Notes: generated from the letters alone by a model not told the origin. Positions 29,587-38,535 are shown, numbered from the stretch's first letter. The stretch: 64,000 nt of DNA from an uncultured Acidobacteriaceae bacterium (GCA_963839195.1 CAWITS010000005.1:502477-566476), one strand, 5' to 3'. Made by a program: numbers and translations.

Positions 29587-30633
29587 TCACCATGCAACAG
29601 CAATCGCCGTTGCTGCCAGATTCGCAATCGCCAGCGGCAGCAGAAACTTCCAGCCAAAAGACATCAGTTGGTCGTAGCGGAAGCGCGGCAACGTCCCGCG
29701 CACCCAGATATAAAGAAAGAGAAAACAGAAAACCTTCGCGCCAAACCAGAACACAGGCAGCAATGCCCGCACCAGAGGAGGCCCAAACAGCGGTCCATGC
29801 CATCCCCCAAAAAATAACAAAGTGGCCAGGCACCCGACCGTAATCATGTTGGCGTATTCCGACATGAAGTACATGGCGAACTTCATGGAACTGTATTCGG
29901 TGTGGTAACCGGCAACCAGCTCGGTTTCCGCTTCGGGCAGGTCAAACGGAATGCGATTCGTTTCCGCGTACGCCGCCATCAAATAAATAAAGAAGCCGAC
30001 GAACTGCCCGTGAAAAATATTCCACCGCGGGATAATGCCGAGAAACCGCCCGCCCTGCGCATCCACAATCGTGCGCAGGCTGAAACTCCCAGTCTGAATC
30101 AGGATTCCAACCAGCGAGAGCCCAAGCGCAATTTCATAACTCACCATCTGCGCGCTCGATCGCAATCCGCCCAGTAGCGAGTATTTGTTGTTCGACGACC
30201 ACCCCGCCAGCGCCACTCCGTACACCCCCAGCGAGGTAATCCCTAGAACCATCAGCAGCCCGATGTTCACGTCTGTGACTTGCAGCGGAATACTGTAGCC
30301 CGCAATCGTGATCGAATTGCCAAAAGGGATCACGGAAATCGAAGTCAGCGCAAAGATCAGCGCCATCATCGGCGCCGCCAAAAACAGCGGCTTGTAGACG
30401 TGCGGCGGCGTCAGGTCTTCTTTAAACAGCAACTTCACCCCGTCCGCCAGCGGTTGCAGCAGTCCAAATGGCCCCACCCGCGTGGGTCCCCAGCGATTCT
30501 GTATGTGGCCTACCACTTTGCGTTCCAGCCAGACCGTGTACGCGACCGCGGTGAGCAACGCGACCAGGACGATCACCGACTTGATCACCGACACGAGTAT
30601 GAAAACGCCTACGGACAATGCCTTGCTCTCCAA
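29587..30633 (-). CDS. nuoH: NADH-quinone oxidoreductase subunit H
   Basis: 348 aa. 'WLERKVVGHIQNRWGPTRVGPFGLLQPLADG'. Confidence 0.92.
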   Translation of the reverse strand: MESKALSVGVFILVSVIKSVIVLVALLTAVAYTVWLERKVVGHIQNRWGPTRVGPFGLLQPLADGVKLLFKEDLTPPHVYKPLFLAAPMMALIFALTSISVIPFGNSITIAGYSIPLQVTDVNIGLLMVLGITSLGVYGVALAGWSSNNKYSLLGGLRSSAQMVSYEIALGLSLVGILIQTGSFSLRTIVDAQGGRFLGIIPRWNIFHGQFVGFFIYLMAAYAETNRIPFDLPEAETELVAGYHTEYSSMKFAMYFMSEYANMITVGCLATLLFFGGWHGPLFGPPLVRALLPVFWFGAKVFCFLFLYIWVRGTLPRFRYDQLMSFGWKFLLPLAIANLAATAIAVAW

Positions 30634-30659
30634 AATGCCGGAATCTTAACGCTCGATAA

Positions 30660-33029
30660 TCAGTCCGCCGCGACCTCGGCGGCCTTGACCTCGTGACTCT
30701 CCATCACTGACTTCAATGTGCGCGAATATCGTCCCAGGGTTCCAGAAGTGAAAAGATCATCGTTCGCCGGAGCAATCGACTCCGCTCGATGCGCCACCCC
30801 AGGCCCAGCCTCGGTCAGCGACGTATGCTGGCTGTTGCCCGCCAGCAGATTCATGCGAGACACGTCATAGCCCGGAACCAGCCGCTGAATCTCATCCAGA
30901 ATCGCGGTGGGATCGAACGGGCTCATCTTCGGCTCCAGCCCGTGCGCCTCAAGCCATACCGCATGACGGTCAGCCTCGCCCGACTGCGCTCCGCGCGACT
31001 GCCCCATGTCGGCATAGGTGCCGCCGCCAAACGGCACCAGCCGTCGCACATCGAAGCCCATGGCATCCGCGACGCGCACGATCATCTCGAAATCAGTTTT
31101 CGTGCCCGTGACTTCGCCGGCTTTCTTCACCAGCTGTACGTCGCCGCAAGTATTGGTAAATGTTCCCGACTTTTCGTAGGCGTTCGCGGCCGGCAACACC
31201 ACATCGGCCATGATCGCGGTCTCAGTAAGAAACATATCTTGCACGACGATGAAGCTCTTCGAGAAAGCAAATGGATCGATCTTCAATCGGCCGACAGGAT
31301 TCGATCCCACAACATAAAGGGCCTTCAACCGGCCCGCATTCCCGGCTTCGACCATGCCATCCACATCAAGGCCGGCAGTCTTCGGGATTTCTCCCCACTC
31401 CCGGTGGAATTGGCTGTTTCCGGCGGTCGGGTGATATCCCGGCAATAGATCGGGATACAGACCCATATCCGCGGCTCCGCGAGAGTTCGCGTAGTCCGCC
31501 AGACAGACAAACTTGGCCCCAGGAATTGCAGAACCGAACTTTACAAGGCTCGCCAGGTCGCCGCCACGGAGTTCAGAACCGAAAACGATAACCAGATTCT
31601 GCTCGCCGCGAAGCTTGTCGCGCAGCGTGGCCCATGCGTCTTTGCTATTCGATGAAGTGATGAGCGAATCGACAGCGGTGTCGCTGCCTGCAAGGAACGC
31701 GGCAACCTGTCCTTCGCTTCCGGCCGGGATCTGCGTAAAGCTCGTCGCCTGCCGCCGCAATTTGATTGGACTGGAGTTAATCAGGTAAAACCGCGCCCGG
31801 TGCAGCCGCACGTTGTTGCGAATCTGCCAGGCCAGCAGCGGGTGTTGTTCGGTGGGATCATTCCCAATCAGCAGCACAGCGGGAGCAGTGAACACGTCCG
31901 CCATGCTGGCCGTAGCATCGCCTTTGCCGCGAACCGCAGCCGCGAAAGCAGGGAAGTCCGCCGTGCGATGGTGATCCACATTATTCGTCTTCAGCACCAC
32001 GCGCGCGAACTTGGAAAGCAAATAAGCTTCTTCGTTGGTGGTGCGGGTCGAACCGATCACTCCAATCGCCGCACCGCCATCCCTGGCGCGAACCTCCGCG
32101 AATTTTTTCCCGATCAATTCAAACGCTTCTTCCCACGTGGCCGGAGACAGCTTGCCGTCCCTGCGAATCAGCGGATGCGTCAGGCGTTCTTCATGATTCG
32201 CGAAATCGAACGCATAGCGCCCCTTGATGCATAAGAAGTCGCCATTCGTCCCGCTCTTGTCGCGGTTATCGCCGCGCACAATCTCCATGCCCGCATCGGA
32301 GCGGCGCACGCCCAGCGTGGTCTTGCACCCATCCCCGCAATGCGTGCAAATCGTGCCCACATGCTTCATCTCCCAGGGCCGCGTCTTGTAGCGATATGCG
32401 CCAGACGTAAGCGCGCCCACCGGGCAAATATCGATACACATGCCGCACTCTTCGCACTCCAGGTGATCTTGTTTATTAGGCGCGATGATCGAACTCACGC
32501 CGCGGTTCTGCACGCCAAGAGCCCACACATCCATGCCTTCGCCGCACACCCGCACACACCGGAAGCAGAGAATGCAGCGCGGCCGGTCGAAAAACACCAC
32601 CGGCGACCACTGCTGCTCATCTTTGTGGTTCTTCGCCTCCATGAATTTCGATTCCGCCGCGCCATACGAGAACGTCATGTCCTGCAGTTCGCATTCCCCC
32701 CCGGCATCGCACACCGGACAATCCAGAGGATGGTTCCCCAGCAGCATCTCCAGCGTCGACTTCCGCGCCTGCTTGATCTCCGCACTATCCGAAGTGACGA
32801 CCATGCCTTCGCTGATCACGGTCGTACAAGCAGTCTGCAGCTTCGGCATCTTCTCAATCTTCACCAGGCACATGCGGCAAGCGCCCTGCAAAGAAAGGTT
32901 GGGGTAATAGCAAAACGAAGGCACCTCAATGCCCACGGTCTTGCAGGCCTCAATCAGCAGCGTCCCGGCGGGAGCCGTGACCTTCTTGCCGTCAACGGTA
33001 AGTGTTACGGTTTGGGATGCGTCCGCCAT
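30660..33029 (-). CDS. nuoG: NADH-quinone oxidoreductase subunit G (75-kDa Fe-S subunit)
   Basis: 789 aa. N-terminal 2Fe-2S 'CYYPNLSLQGACRMCLV'. 4Fe-4S 'CILCFRCVRVC' and 'CEECGMCIDICPVGA'. Molybdopterin-oxidoreductase-like body. Confidence 0.92.
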   Translation of the reverse strand: MADASQTVTLTVDGKKVTAPAGTLLIEACKTVGIEVPSFCYYPNLSLQGACRMCLVKIEKMPKLQTACTTVISEGMVVTSDSAEIKQARKSTLEMLLGNHPLDCPVCDAGGECELQDMTFSYGAAESKFMEAKNHKDEQQWSPVVFFDRPRCILCFRCVRVCGEGMDVWALGVQNRGVSSIIAPNKQDHLECEECGMCIDICPVGALTSGAYRYKTRPWEMKHVGTICTHCGDGCKTTLGVRRSDAGMEIVRGDNRDKSGTNGDFLCIKGRYAFDFANHEERLTHPLIRRDGKLSPATWEEAFELIGKKFAEVRARDGGAAIGVIGSTRTTNEEAYLLSKFARVVLKTNNVDHHRTADFPAFAAAVRGKGDATASMADVFTAPAVLLIGNDPTEQHPLLAWQIRNNVRLHRARFYLINSSPIKLRRQATSFTQIPAGSEGQVAAFLAGSDTAVDSLITSSNSKDAWATLRDKLRGEQNLVIVFGSELRGGDLASLVKFGSAIPGAKFVCLADYANSRGAADMGLYPDLLPGYHPTAGNSQFHREWGEIPKTAGLDVDGMVEAGNAGRLKALYVVGSNPVGRLKIDPFAFSKSFIVVQDMFLTETAIMADVVLPAANAYEKSGTFTNTCGDVQLVKKAGEVTGTKTDFEMIVRVADAMGFDVRRLVPFGGGTYADMGQSRGAQSGEADRHAVWLEAHGLEPKMSPFDPTAILDEIQRLVPGYDVSRMNLLAGNSQHTSLTEAGPGVAHRAESIAPANDDLFTSGTLGRYSRTLKSVMESHEVKAAEVAAD

Positions 33030-33056
33030 AAATATCTTTAGTCTGGAAATCTAACT

Positions 33057-33626
33057 CTAAGTGCGCACACCTGCCCGGTACGCCGGGCTATTCTTGACCT
33101 CTTCAATCTGCAGCGCATGCCTTTGTGCGTGCGATCCCATCAGCAACAGACACTCATAAGTGCTAATCACCCCGACGACGTGATGAGGGTGCTTGACCTC
33201 GGTCGCACGCAGGTCCTCTCCGGTTTGTTCGACAAGGTGAAGCGTTCGCTGATGCACTGCCTGGAAATGCGCCACCGCTTCAGCCAGCGTGCAAAAGCGC
33301 CCACGCGGCTGTGATTGATCGGAGGCATCAAACCGAGCGCTGCGGTCAGTACCACTTCTCAGGATGCGCTCGTCGCGTCTCGGTCCTTCCGCGTCTCTCG
33401 TATTCCTTTCGCCCGTCACCAAAGCGAGCATGATTTCTTCGGCGACAGCTACGTGTTCCACGCACTCGAGCACAGACCAGCGATCCTCGGCAGGACGCAG
33501 GTGGCACGCGGTCTCATCCACTCCGGCAATGCTGGCAAGAAACGCGTCTCCACCGTTGCGTAAAGCTTCCAGCAATCTGGCCATGTCAATCTCGGTGCGA
33601 TTGTTTGTGGCTGGAGCTGTGCTCAT
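33057..33626 (-). CDS. DinB-family protein embedded between nuoF and nuoG
   Basis: Start at MSTAPATNN (ATG 33626-33624), 2 nt after the nuoF stop. 'WSVLECVEHVAVAEE', 'HQRTLHLV', 'MGSHAQRHALQIEE' form the four-helix DinB-type His pattern. Confidence 0.7.
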   Translation of the reverse strand: MSTAPATNNRTEIDMARLLEALRNGGDAFLASIAGVDETACHLRPAEDRWSVLECVEHVAVAEEIMLALVTGERNTRDAEGPRRDERILRSGTDRSARFDASDQSQPRGRFCTLAEAVAHFQAVHQRTLHLVEQTGEDLRATEVKHPHHVVGVISTYECLLLMGSHAQRHALQIEEVKNSPAYRAGVRT

Positions 33627-33628
33627 GG

Positions 33629-34951
33629 TCAATGGGCCATCACCGGAAGTTGCTCCAGTGCGCCTTCCTCCTCGTACGGGCAAGGCCGGCCTTCTAAATG
33701 ATCTTCAAACTCTCTGCGGAACTTTTTCACGAACGCAATCGTCGGCATCGCCGCCGCATCCCCCAGCGGACAAAATGTCCGCCCCAGCATGTTCTCCGCG
33801 AGGTACTGCATGTTGTCGATGTCCTTCTTCACGCCGTGGCCGGAATGAAAGCGCGTCAAAGTTTTCTTTAGCCAGTCCGTTCCCTCGCGGCAGGGAATGC
33901 ACCACCCGCAACTCTCGTGCTGATAAAACTTCATAGTCCGCAGCGCAAATTTCACAATGCACTGCGCATCGTCGACCACCACCACGCCGCCCGAACCCAG
34001 CATCGAACCAGCTTTCGCGACCGAATCGAAATCCATGTTCACATCGATCTCATCGGCGGTAAGGCAAGGACACGAAGCCCCGCCCGGTACAACAGCTTTC
34101 AACTGTCGCCCGTTAGGGATGCCGCCACCGACCTCATAAATCATCTTCCTCAGGTTGTAGCCCATCGGCAGCTCATAAACGCCCGGCTTCGCGATATTGC
34201 CGCTGAGGCAAAACAGCCGAGTCCCCCCATTCTTCGGCGGACCAATCTTGGCAAACCATTCTGCACCGCCGAGAATAATGTGAGGCACGCTGGCCAAAGT
34301 TTCCGCATTATTAATGACCGTCGGACCACCCCACAGACCGACCACGGCAGGAAACGGAGGCCGAATCCGCGGAATCCCTCGCTTGCCCTCCAGTGACTCC
34401 ATCAGCGCCGACTCTTCTCCAACTTCGTAAGCCCCGGCGCCGCCATGCCAGTAAATATCGAAATCGCGCCCGCTGCCGAAAATATTCTTGCCCAGAAAGC
34501 CCTTCGCGTAAGCGTCGGCAATCGCCTTCTGCATGATGTTCAACAAATATCGATACTCGCCGCGGATGTAGATGTAGCCGCTGCGCGCCCCCACCGCCAG
34601 CCCGCCGATCATTACTCCTTCGATCACGGAGTGCGGATCTTGCTCAAAAATCAGCCGGTCCTTACAAGTACCGGGCTCGCTCTCATCGCCATTGCACAGC
34701 ACATACTTCGGTTTCGCCGACTGCTTGGGCACAAACGACCACTTCATCCCAGTCGAGAACCCAGCCCCGCCCCGTCCCCGCAGCCCGGAATTCTTGACTT
34801 CATTAATGATCGCGTCCGGCTCCATCCCAAGCGCCTTCCGCACGGCCTTGTAGCCGTCCAGTTCGAGATAACGGTCAATGTTGGTCGCACCCTGGCCAAA
34901 GCGCCGGGAGACGACCTTTACCTCGTCGGGATGGGAAACCAAGTCAGCCAT
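33629..34951 (-). CDS. nuoF: NADH-quinone oxidoreductase subunit F
   Basis: Start at MADLVSHPDE (ATG 34951-34949). 'GLRGRGGAGFSTGMKW' is the FMN/NADH site. 'ESCGWCIPCREG' is the N3 cluster. The upstream ORF extension translates the repeat hairpin. Confidence 0.92.
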   Translation of the reverse strand: MADLVSHPDEVKVVSRRFGQGATNIDRYLELDGYKAVRKALGMEPDAIINEVKNSGLRGRGGAGFSTGMKWSFVPKQSAKPKYVLCNGDESEPGTCKDRLIFEQDPHSVIEGVMIGGLAVGARSGYIYIRGEYRYLLNIMQKAIADAYAKGFLGKNIFGSGRDFDIYWHGGAGAYEVGEESALMESLEGKRGIPRIRPPFPAVVGLWGGPTVINNAETLASVPHIILGGAEWFAKIGPPKNGGTRLFCLSGNIAKPGVYELPMGYNLRKMIYEVGGGIPNGRQLKAVVPGGASCPCLTADEIDVNMDFDSVAKAGSMLGSGGVVVVDDAQCIVKFALRTMKFYQHESCGWCIPCREGTDWLKKTLTRFHSGHGVKKDIDNMQYLAENMLGRTFCPLGDAAAMPTIAFVKKFRREFEDHLEGRPCPYEEEGALEQLPVMAH

Positions 34952-35057
34952 TTTGTAATTTTGTAATCGGGTAATTTTGTAAATTGAAACCTGACGGCCC
35001 AAGACGACTTCCGCGGCAGTTCTAAATTACAAAATTACCCGATTACCAAATTACAAA
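34952..35057. repeat. long hairpin with (TTTGTAAT)n tandem-repeat arms filling the nuoE-nuoF spacer
   Basis: Left arm tttgtaattttgtaatcgggtaattttgtaaatt (34952-34985). Right arm aaattacaaaattacccgattaccaaattacaaa (35024-35057). 32 of 34 positions are complementary. 38-nt loop starting gaaacctgacgg. Confidence 0.9.
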
Positions 35058-35061
35058 TCCT

Positions 35062-35547
35062 CTATTGCGTCGCTTTCTTTCTGTATTCATCCAGAACCCT
35101 ATCCATCTTCTCCGTCGTCAGGTTCTCGTGAAAATCGTAATTCACCTGCGCTGCCGGAGCCCAGCTGCAAGCCCCAATGCATTCCACTTCCTCAAGCGTG
35201 AACAGCCCGTCACGCGTCGTTCCCTTGTGGCCCACGCCCAGCTTCTCAGCGCAGTGATGCAGAATCTTTTCGCCCCCGCGCACCAGGCAACTGATGTTCG
35301 TGCAAACCTGCACGTTGAACTTCCCGCGCGGCTTCGTAGTCAGCATCGAGTAATAACTGATCACGTTGCGCACTTCGAGTTCGGTCAGATCAAGCCGGCC
35401 CGCAAGCTCCGCGATCACCTCATCGGACAAAAATCCAACCTCATCCTGCGCATAAAGCAGAGTAGGCACCAGCGCCGACCGCTTCGTCGGATAGTGTGTA
35501 AGCATCTCCGCAAACCGCGCCTCGAACTCCTCAGAAAACTTCATCAT
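35062..35547 (-). CDS. nuoE: NADH-quinone oxidoreductase subunit E
   Basis: Start at MMKFSEEF. 'RSALVPTLLYAQDE' and 2Fe-2S cysteines 'VCTNISC ... ECIGAC'. Confidence 0.9.
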   Translation of the reverse strand: MMKFSEEFEARFAEMLTHYPTKRSALVPTLLYAQDEVGFLSDEVIAELAGRLDLTELEVRNVISYYSMLTTKPRGKFNVQVCTNISCLVRGGEKILHHCAEKLGVGHKGTTRDGLFTLEEVECIGACSWAPAAQVNYDFHENLTTEKMDRVLDEYRKKATQ

Positions 35548-35553
35548 CCAAAT

Positions 35554-35580
35554 CCTCTGTGAACCTCTGTGTCCCCTGTG
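35554..35580 (-). repeat. three tandem CCTCTGTG-type units just upstream of the nuoE start
   Basis: cctctgtg (35554-35561), cctctgtg (35564-35571), cccctgtg (35573-35580). On the coding strand this reads CACAGAGG x2 plus CACAGGGG, each with an SD-like GAGG/GGGG. Confidence 0.7.
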
Positions 35581-35619
35581 TTTAAGATTTGACTGCTTGG
35601 GGACGAAGATATCCACGGA

Positions 35620-36825
35620 TTATCGATCAATCTCTCCGAGCACAATGTCGATCGATCCTATGGCCGCCACCACATCCGCAATCAAGCCGCCCTCGCACAT
35701 TTTGCCCAAAGTTTGCAAATTCGCGAAACAGGCCGACCGCATGTGCACCCGATAAGGTTTAGCGGTCCCGTCACTGACAATGTAATAGCCCATCTCACCC
35801 CGCGGCGACTCCACTGCCTGATACACCTCACCCGCCGGCACCGCAAATCCCTCGGTAATAATCTTGAAGTGGTAGATGAGTGCTTCCATCTGCGTCTTCA
35901 TCTTCTCCCGGTCCGGCAGCACAATACCTGGTGCATCGGCTTTGATCCGCCCTTCAGGCATTCCATCCAAAGCTTGCTTCACAATCTCGTTCGATTCCCG
36001 CAGTTCCCGCACCCGGCACATATACCGCGCGAACACGTCACCTTCCGGCGCCACCGGAACCTTGAACTTGAAATTCTCATACCCCGAGTACGGCATATCA
36101 CGGCGCAAATCGATGTCCACGCCGCTTCCGCGCAGCGTCGGTCCAGTAGCCCCTAGCGCGATGGCGTCTTCCGCAGTCAGCTTCGCCACGCCTTTGGTCC
36201 GCATCATCCAGATCGGATTTCCCGTCAGCAAATTCTCGTACTCATCCACCTTCTCAGGAAAGCGCCCGGCAAATTCGCGAACCCGCTCAAAGAATCCCAA
36301 AGGCGGTTCCAGCGCCACCCCTCCTACTCGGAAGTACGAGGTCATCATGCGCTGCCCGCTAACCATCTCAAACATCTTCAGCACTTCTTCACGCTCGCGG
36401 AAGCAATACAGGAACACCGTCAGCGCGCCAATATCCATGGCATGCGTGCCCAGCCACACCAGGTGCGAATTGATGCGCGTCAGCTCGTTCAGCAGCACCC
36501 GCAGCCACTGCGCTTTCGGCGGAATCTCCAGCCCCAGCAGCTTCTCCACGGCCAGCACGTAACACAGATTGTTGGTCATGGGACACAGATAGTCGATGCG
36601 GTCGGTCAACGGCACCACCTGCTGGTAAAACTTCGCCTCGCAGGTCTTTTCGATTCCGGTATGCAGAAAGCCAATGTCCGGCATGATCCGCACCACGGTT
36701 TCGCCGTCGATCTCCAGCAGCACGCGCAGCACGCCGTGCGTCGAAGGATGCTGCGGCCCCATGTTCAGGATCATGGTTCGATCCTGACCGGGTTCAAGCA
36801 CGGGCGTGGGAGCGAGGTAAGCCAT
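35620..36825 (-). CDS. nuoD: NADH-quinone oxidoreductase subunit D
   Basis: Start at MAYLAPTPV (ATG 36825-36823), after the nuoC stop. 'LNMGPQHPSTHGVLR', 'DRIDYL'. Confidence 0.92.
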   Translation of the reverse strand: MAYLAPTPVLEPGQDRTMILNMGPQHPSTHGVLRVLLEIDGETVVRIMPDIGFLHTGIEKTCEAKFYQQVVPLTDRIDYLCPMTNNLCYVLAVEKLLGLEIPPKAQWLRVLLNELTRINSHLVWLGTHAMDIGALTVFLYCFREREEVLKMFEMVSGQRMMTSYFRVGGVALEPPLGFFERVREFAGRFPEKVDEYENLLTGNPIWMMRTKGVAKLTAEDAIALGATGPTLRGSGVDIDLRRDMPYSGYENFKFKVPVAPEGDVFARYMCRVRELRESNEIVKQALDGMPEGRIKADAPGIVLPDREKMKTQMEALIYHFKIITEGFAVPAGEVYQAVESPRGEMGYYIVSDGTAKPYRVHMRSACFANLQTLGKMCEGGLIADVVAAIGSIDIVLGEIDR

Positions 36826-36833
36826 GACGAAGC

Positions 36834-37331
36834 CTAGCGGTAACCCTCCACCGGATAGTCCTTCCGCAGCGGATGACCTTTCCAATCCTCCGGCATCAGA
36901 ATGCGCCGCAGGTAAGGATGCCCGTTAAAGCGGACGCCAAACAGATCAAACACTTCGCGCTCAAAATAATTGGCGCCGGGCCAAATTGAAGTAAGCGACT
37001 CAACCGCCGGGCTCGCACTATCGAGCCGAACCTTCAGCCGTACCCGCTCCTTCTTGGAAATCGAAAGCAAGTGATAAATCACCTCAAATCGGGGCTCCGA
37101 CGGATACCAATCCACGCAGGTAACATCGGAAAGAAAATTAAAAGCGCACTCCGCGTCGTCGCGCAGAAGTGCGCAAGCCTCGCGCAGGTTCTCGCGCTCC
37201 ACGGTGATCGTCATCTCGTCGCGGTCAAACTTCACCCCCGCAACCGCCGCCGGATTCCACGCCAGCAGCCGCCCCACCGCCGGATGACCCTTCAGCTGTT
37301 CAAGATCGGTAATGGCAGGCGCCAAAGCCAC
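36834..37331 (-). CDS. nuoC: NADH-quinone oxidoreductase subunit C
   Basis: 165 aa, GTG start sharing 1 nt with the nuoA stop. 'SLTSIWPGANYFEREVFDLFGVRFNGHP'. Confidence 0.9.
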   Translation of the reverse strand: MALAPAITDLEQLKGHPAVGRLLAWNPAAVAGVKFDRDEMTITVERENLREACALLRDDAECAFNFLSDVTCVDWYPSEPRFEVIYHLLSISKKERVRLKVRLDSASPAVESLTSIWPGANYFEREVFDLFGVRFNGHPYLRRILMPEDWKGHPLRKDYPVEGYR

Positions 37332-37750
37332 TAGCTTTCTCCTCGCCGGATCTTGGACGGTACACCGGACCGCACGTCAGCCGGACCCCAATCCAGAACG
37401 CCCTTCTTCCAGACATAAAAGAAGCCGACTAAAACAATGCCAATGTAGACAAACATTTCCCACAGCCCGAAATGTTTGAGGTCGCGCAGAATCACCGCCC
37501 AGGGATAAAGAAAGACGGCCTCAACGTCGAACAGAATGAACAGCATAGCCACCAGGTAGAACTGCACCGAGAAACGCCCCCGCGTGTCCCCCACCGGAGT
37601 CATGCCGCATTCATAGGCAGAAAGCTTGGCCTTTGTCGGTTTCCGCTCCCCGATCAGCCACGAAAGCGCGATAATGGCAGTCGCAATTCCGCCCGCCAAC
37701 AAGAGATGGATCAGAAACGGCAGGTAGCCAGCGAAGTAATTGTCGGGCAT
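37331..37750 (-). CDS. nuoA: NADH-quinone oxidoreductase subunit A
   Basis: 139 aa, 3 TM. 'YECGMTPVGDTRGRFSVQFYLVAMLFILFDVE'. Confidence 0.9.
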   Translation of the reverse strand: MPDNYFAGYLPFLIHLLLAGGIATAIIALSWLIGERKPTKAKLSAYECGMTPVGDTRGRFSVQFYLVAMLFILFDVEAVFLYPWAVILRDLKHFGLWEMFVYIGIVLVGFFYVWKKGVLDWGPADVRSGVPSKIRRGES

Positions 37751-37840
37751 AGGACAGGCTATATATAATTCGCGCGAAGCATCGAGTAAACATTCTAGAT
37801 TAGGTGCTACTCTGCAAGAGTGTCAAGGGAACCAGGAACA

Positions 37841-37948
37841 ATTTGGCAATTTTGTAATTTCGTAATTTGAAAACCTGTCACGGCAACGCAGCACACGGCC
37901 GGGCGAGCAAGTGAAATTACAAAATCACAAAATCACAAAATTACAAAT
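37841..37948. repeat. imperfect hairpin of the same (TTTGTAAT)n family, in the nuoA / hypothetical-gene divergent region
   Basis: Left arm atttggcaattttgtaatttcgtaatttg (37841-37869). Right arm gaaattacaaaatcacaaaatcacaaaattacaaat (37913-37948). The loop starts aaacctgtcacgg, similar to the loop of 34952-35057. Ends 5 nt before ATG 37954. Confidence 0.8.
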
Positions 37949-37953
37949 CTCTT

Positions 37954-38535
37954 ATGATTTTCGGATTTAACACCGACGTAAAGCACGTAGACACCATCTA
38001 CCACGTGCAAAGCGAAGCGCGCGAGAGCGAAAAACTGCTCCAGACGCAGGTCTTCGTGCGCGGAAGATGCATCGGCAAACGCGCCATCTCCTATGCGGCC
38101 TCGGCTGCGCAAGTCGGCTTTGGCGATCCCCAAAAAGAGCAGCAACTCCGCGATCAGCATCGCCTCGTGCTCGAAGCCATCCGCGAAGGCAAACTGGAAG
38201 GTGTCCTCGACCGCGCCGAAACCGACGCTTTGGCCGGCATCAAGCAACTCGACGTGCTCTGGGAAAACGCCGCCTCGGTTCACAACGACCGCAATCTGAC
38301 GATGCAACTGCGCGTCACCGAAGACGGCACGGCCGTGCCCAGCGCCCGCCTCACCTTCCGCTTTGCCCGTCCCGACGCCGCGCCTTTCTACACCCAGGCC
38401 GTCACCGATTCCGGAGGCAACGCCCAGATCTCGATCGAAGTCGAAGAATCCGCCTTGACCGAAGCCTCCGTAATGGTGCAAGCCAACCACCAGGGACGAA
38501 CCGTAACCCGCAAATTCGCCCTCCGCAAAGCTTGA
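37954..38535 (+). CDS. hypothetical protein
   Basis: 193 aa ORF with ATG start and coding-like composition. The C-terminal half ('LTMQLRVTEDGTAVPSARLTF...GGNAQISIEVEE') looks like a beta-sandwich. No motif that I can name. Confidence 0.55.
   Translation: MIFGFNTDVKHVDTIYHVQSEARESEKLLQTQVFVRGRCIGKRAISYAASAAQVGFGDPQKEQQLRDQHRLVLEAIREGKLEGVLDRAETDALAGIKQLDVLWENAASVHNDRNLTMQLRVTEDGTAVPSARLTFRFARPDAAPFYTQAVTDSGGNAQISIEVEESALTEASVMVQANHQGRTVTRKFALRKA

Noticed and set aside
28953-30660. A hidden nuoI in alternative frames around nuoJ and nuoH (for example ORF 29546-29833)
   Set aside because: The candidate ORFs overlap nuoH out of frame and lack any CxxCxxCxxxCP ferredoxin motif. The true spacer is only 121 nt.
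34952-35002. N-terminal extensions of nuoF (to 35002), nuoE (to 35616) and nuoD (to 36885) in the ORF track
   Set aside because: The extensions translate the tandem-repeat or hairpin spacers (for example MGRQVSIYKITRLQNYK), or overlap the upstream nuo gene. Conserved Nuo N-termini begin at the internal Met.
37789-37801. Shared 12-mer TCTAGAATGTTT upstream of both nuoA (minus strand) and the MerR gene (39172-39183) as a common regulatory box
   Set aside because: Hundreds of chance 12-mer pair matches are expected in 128 kb of two-strand sequence. The match probably just reflects TAGAAT-like -10 elements.
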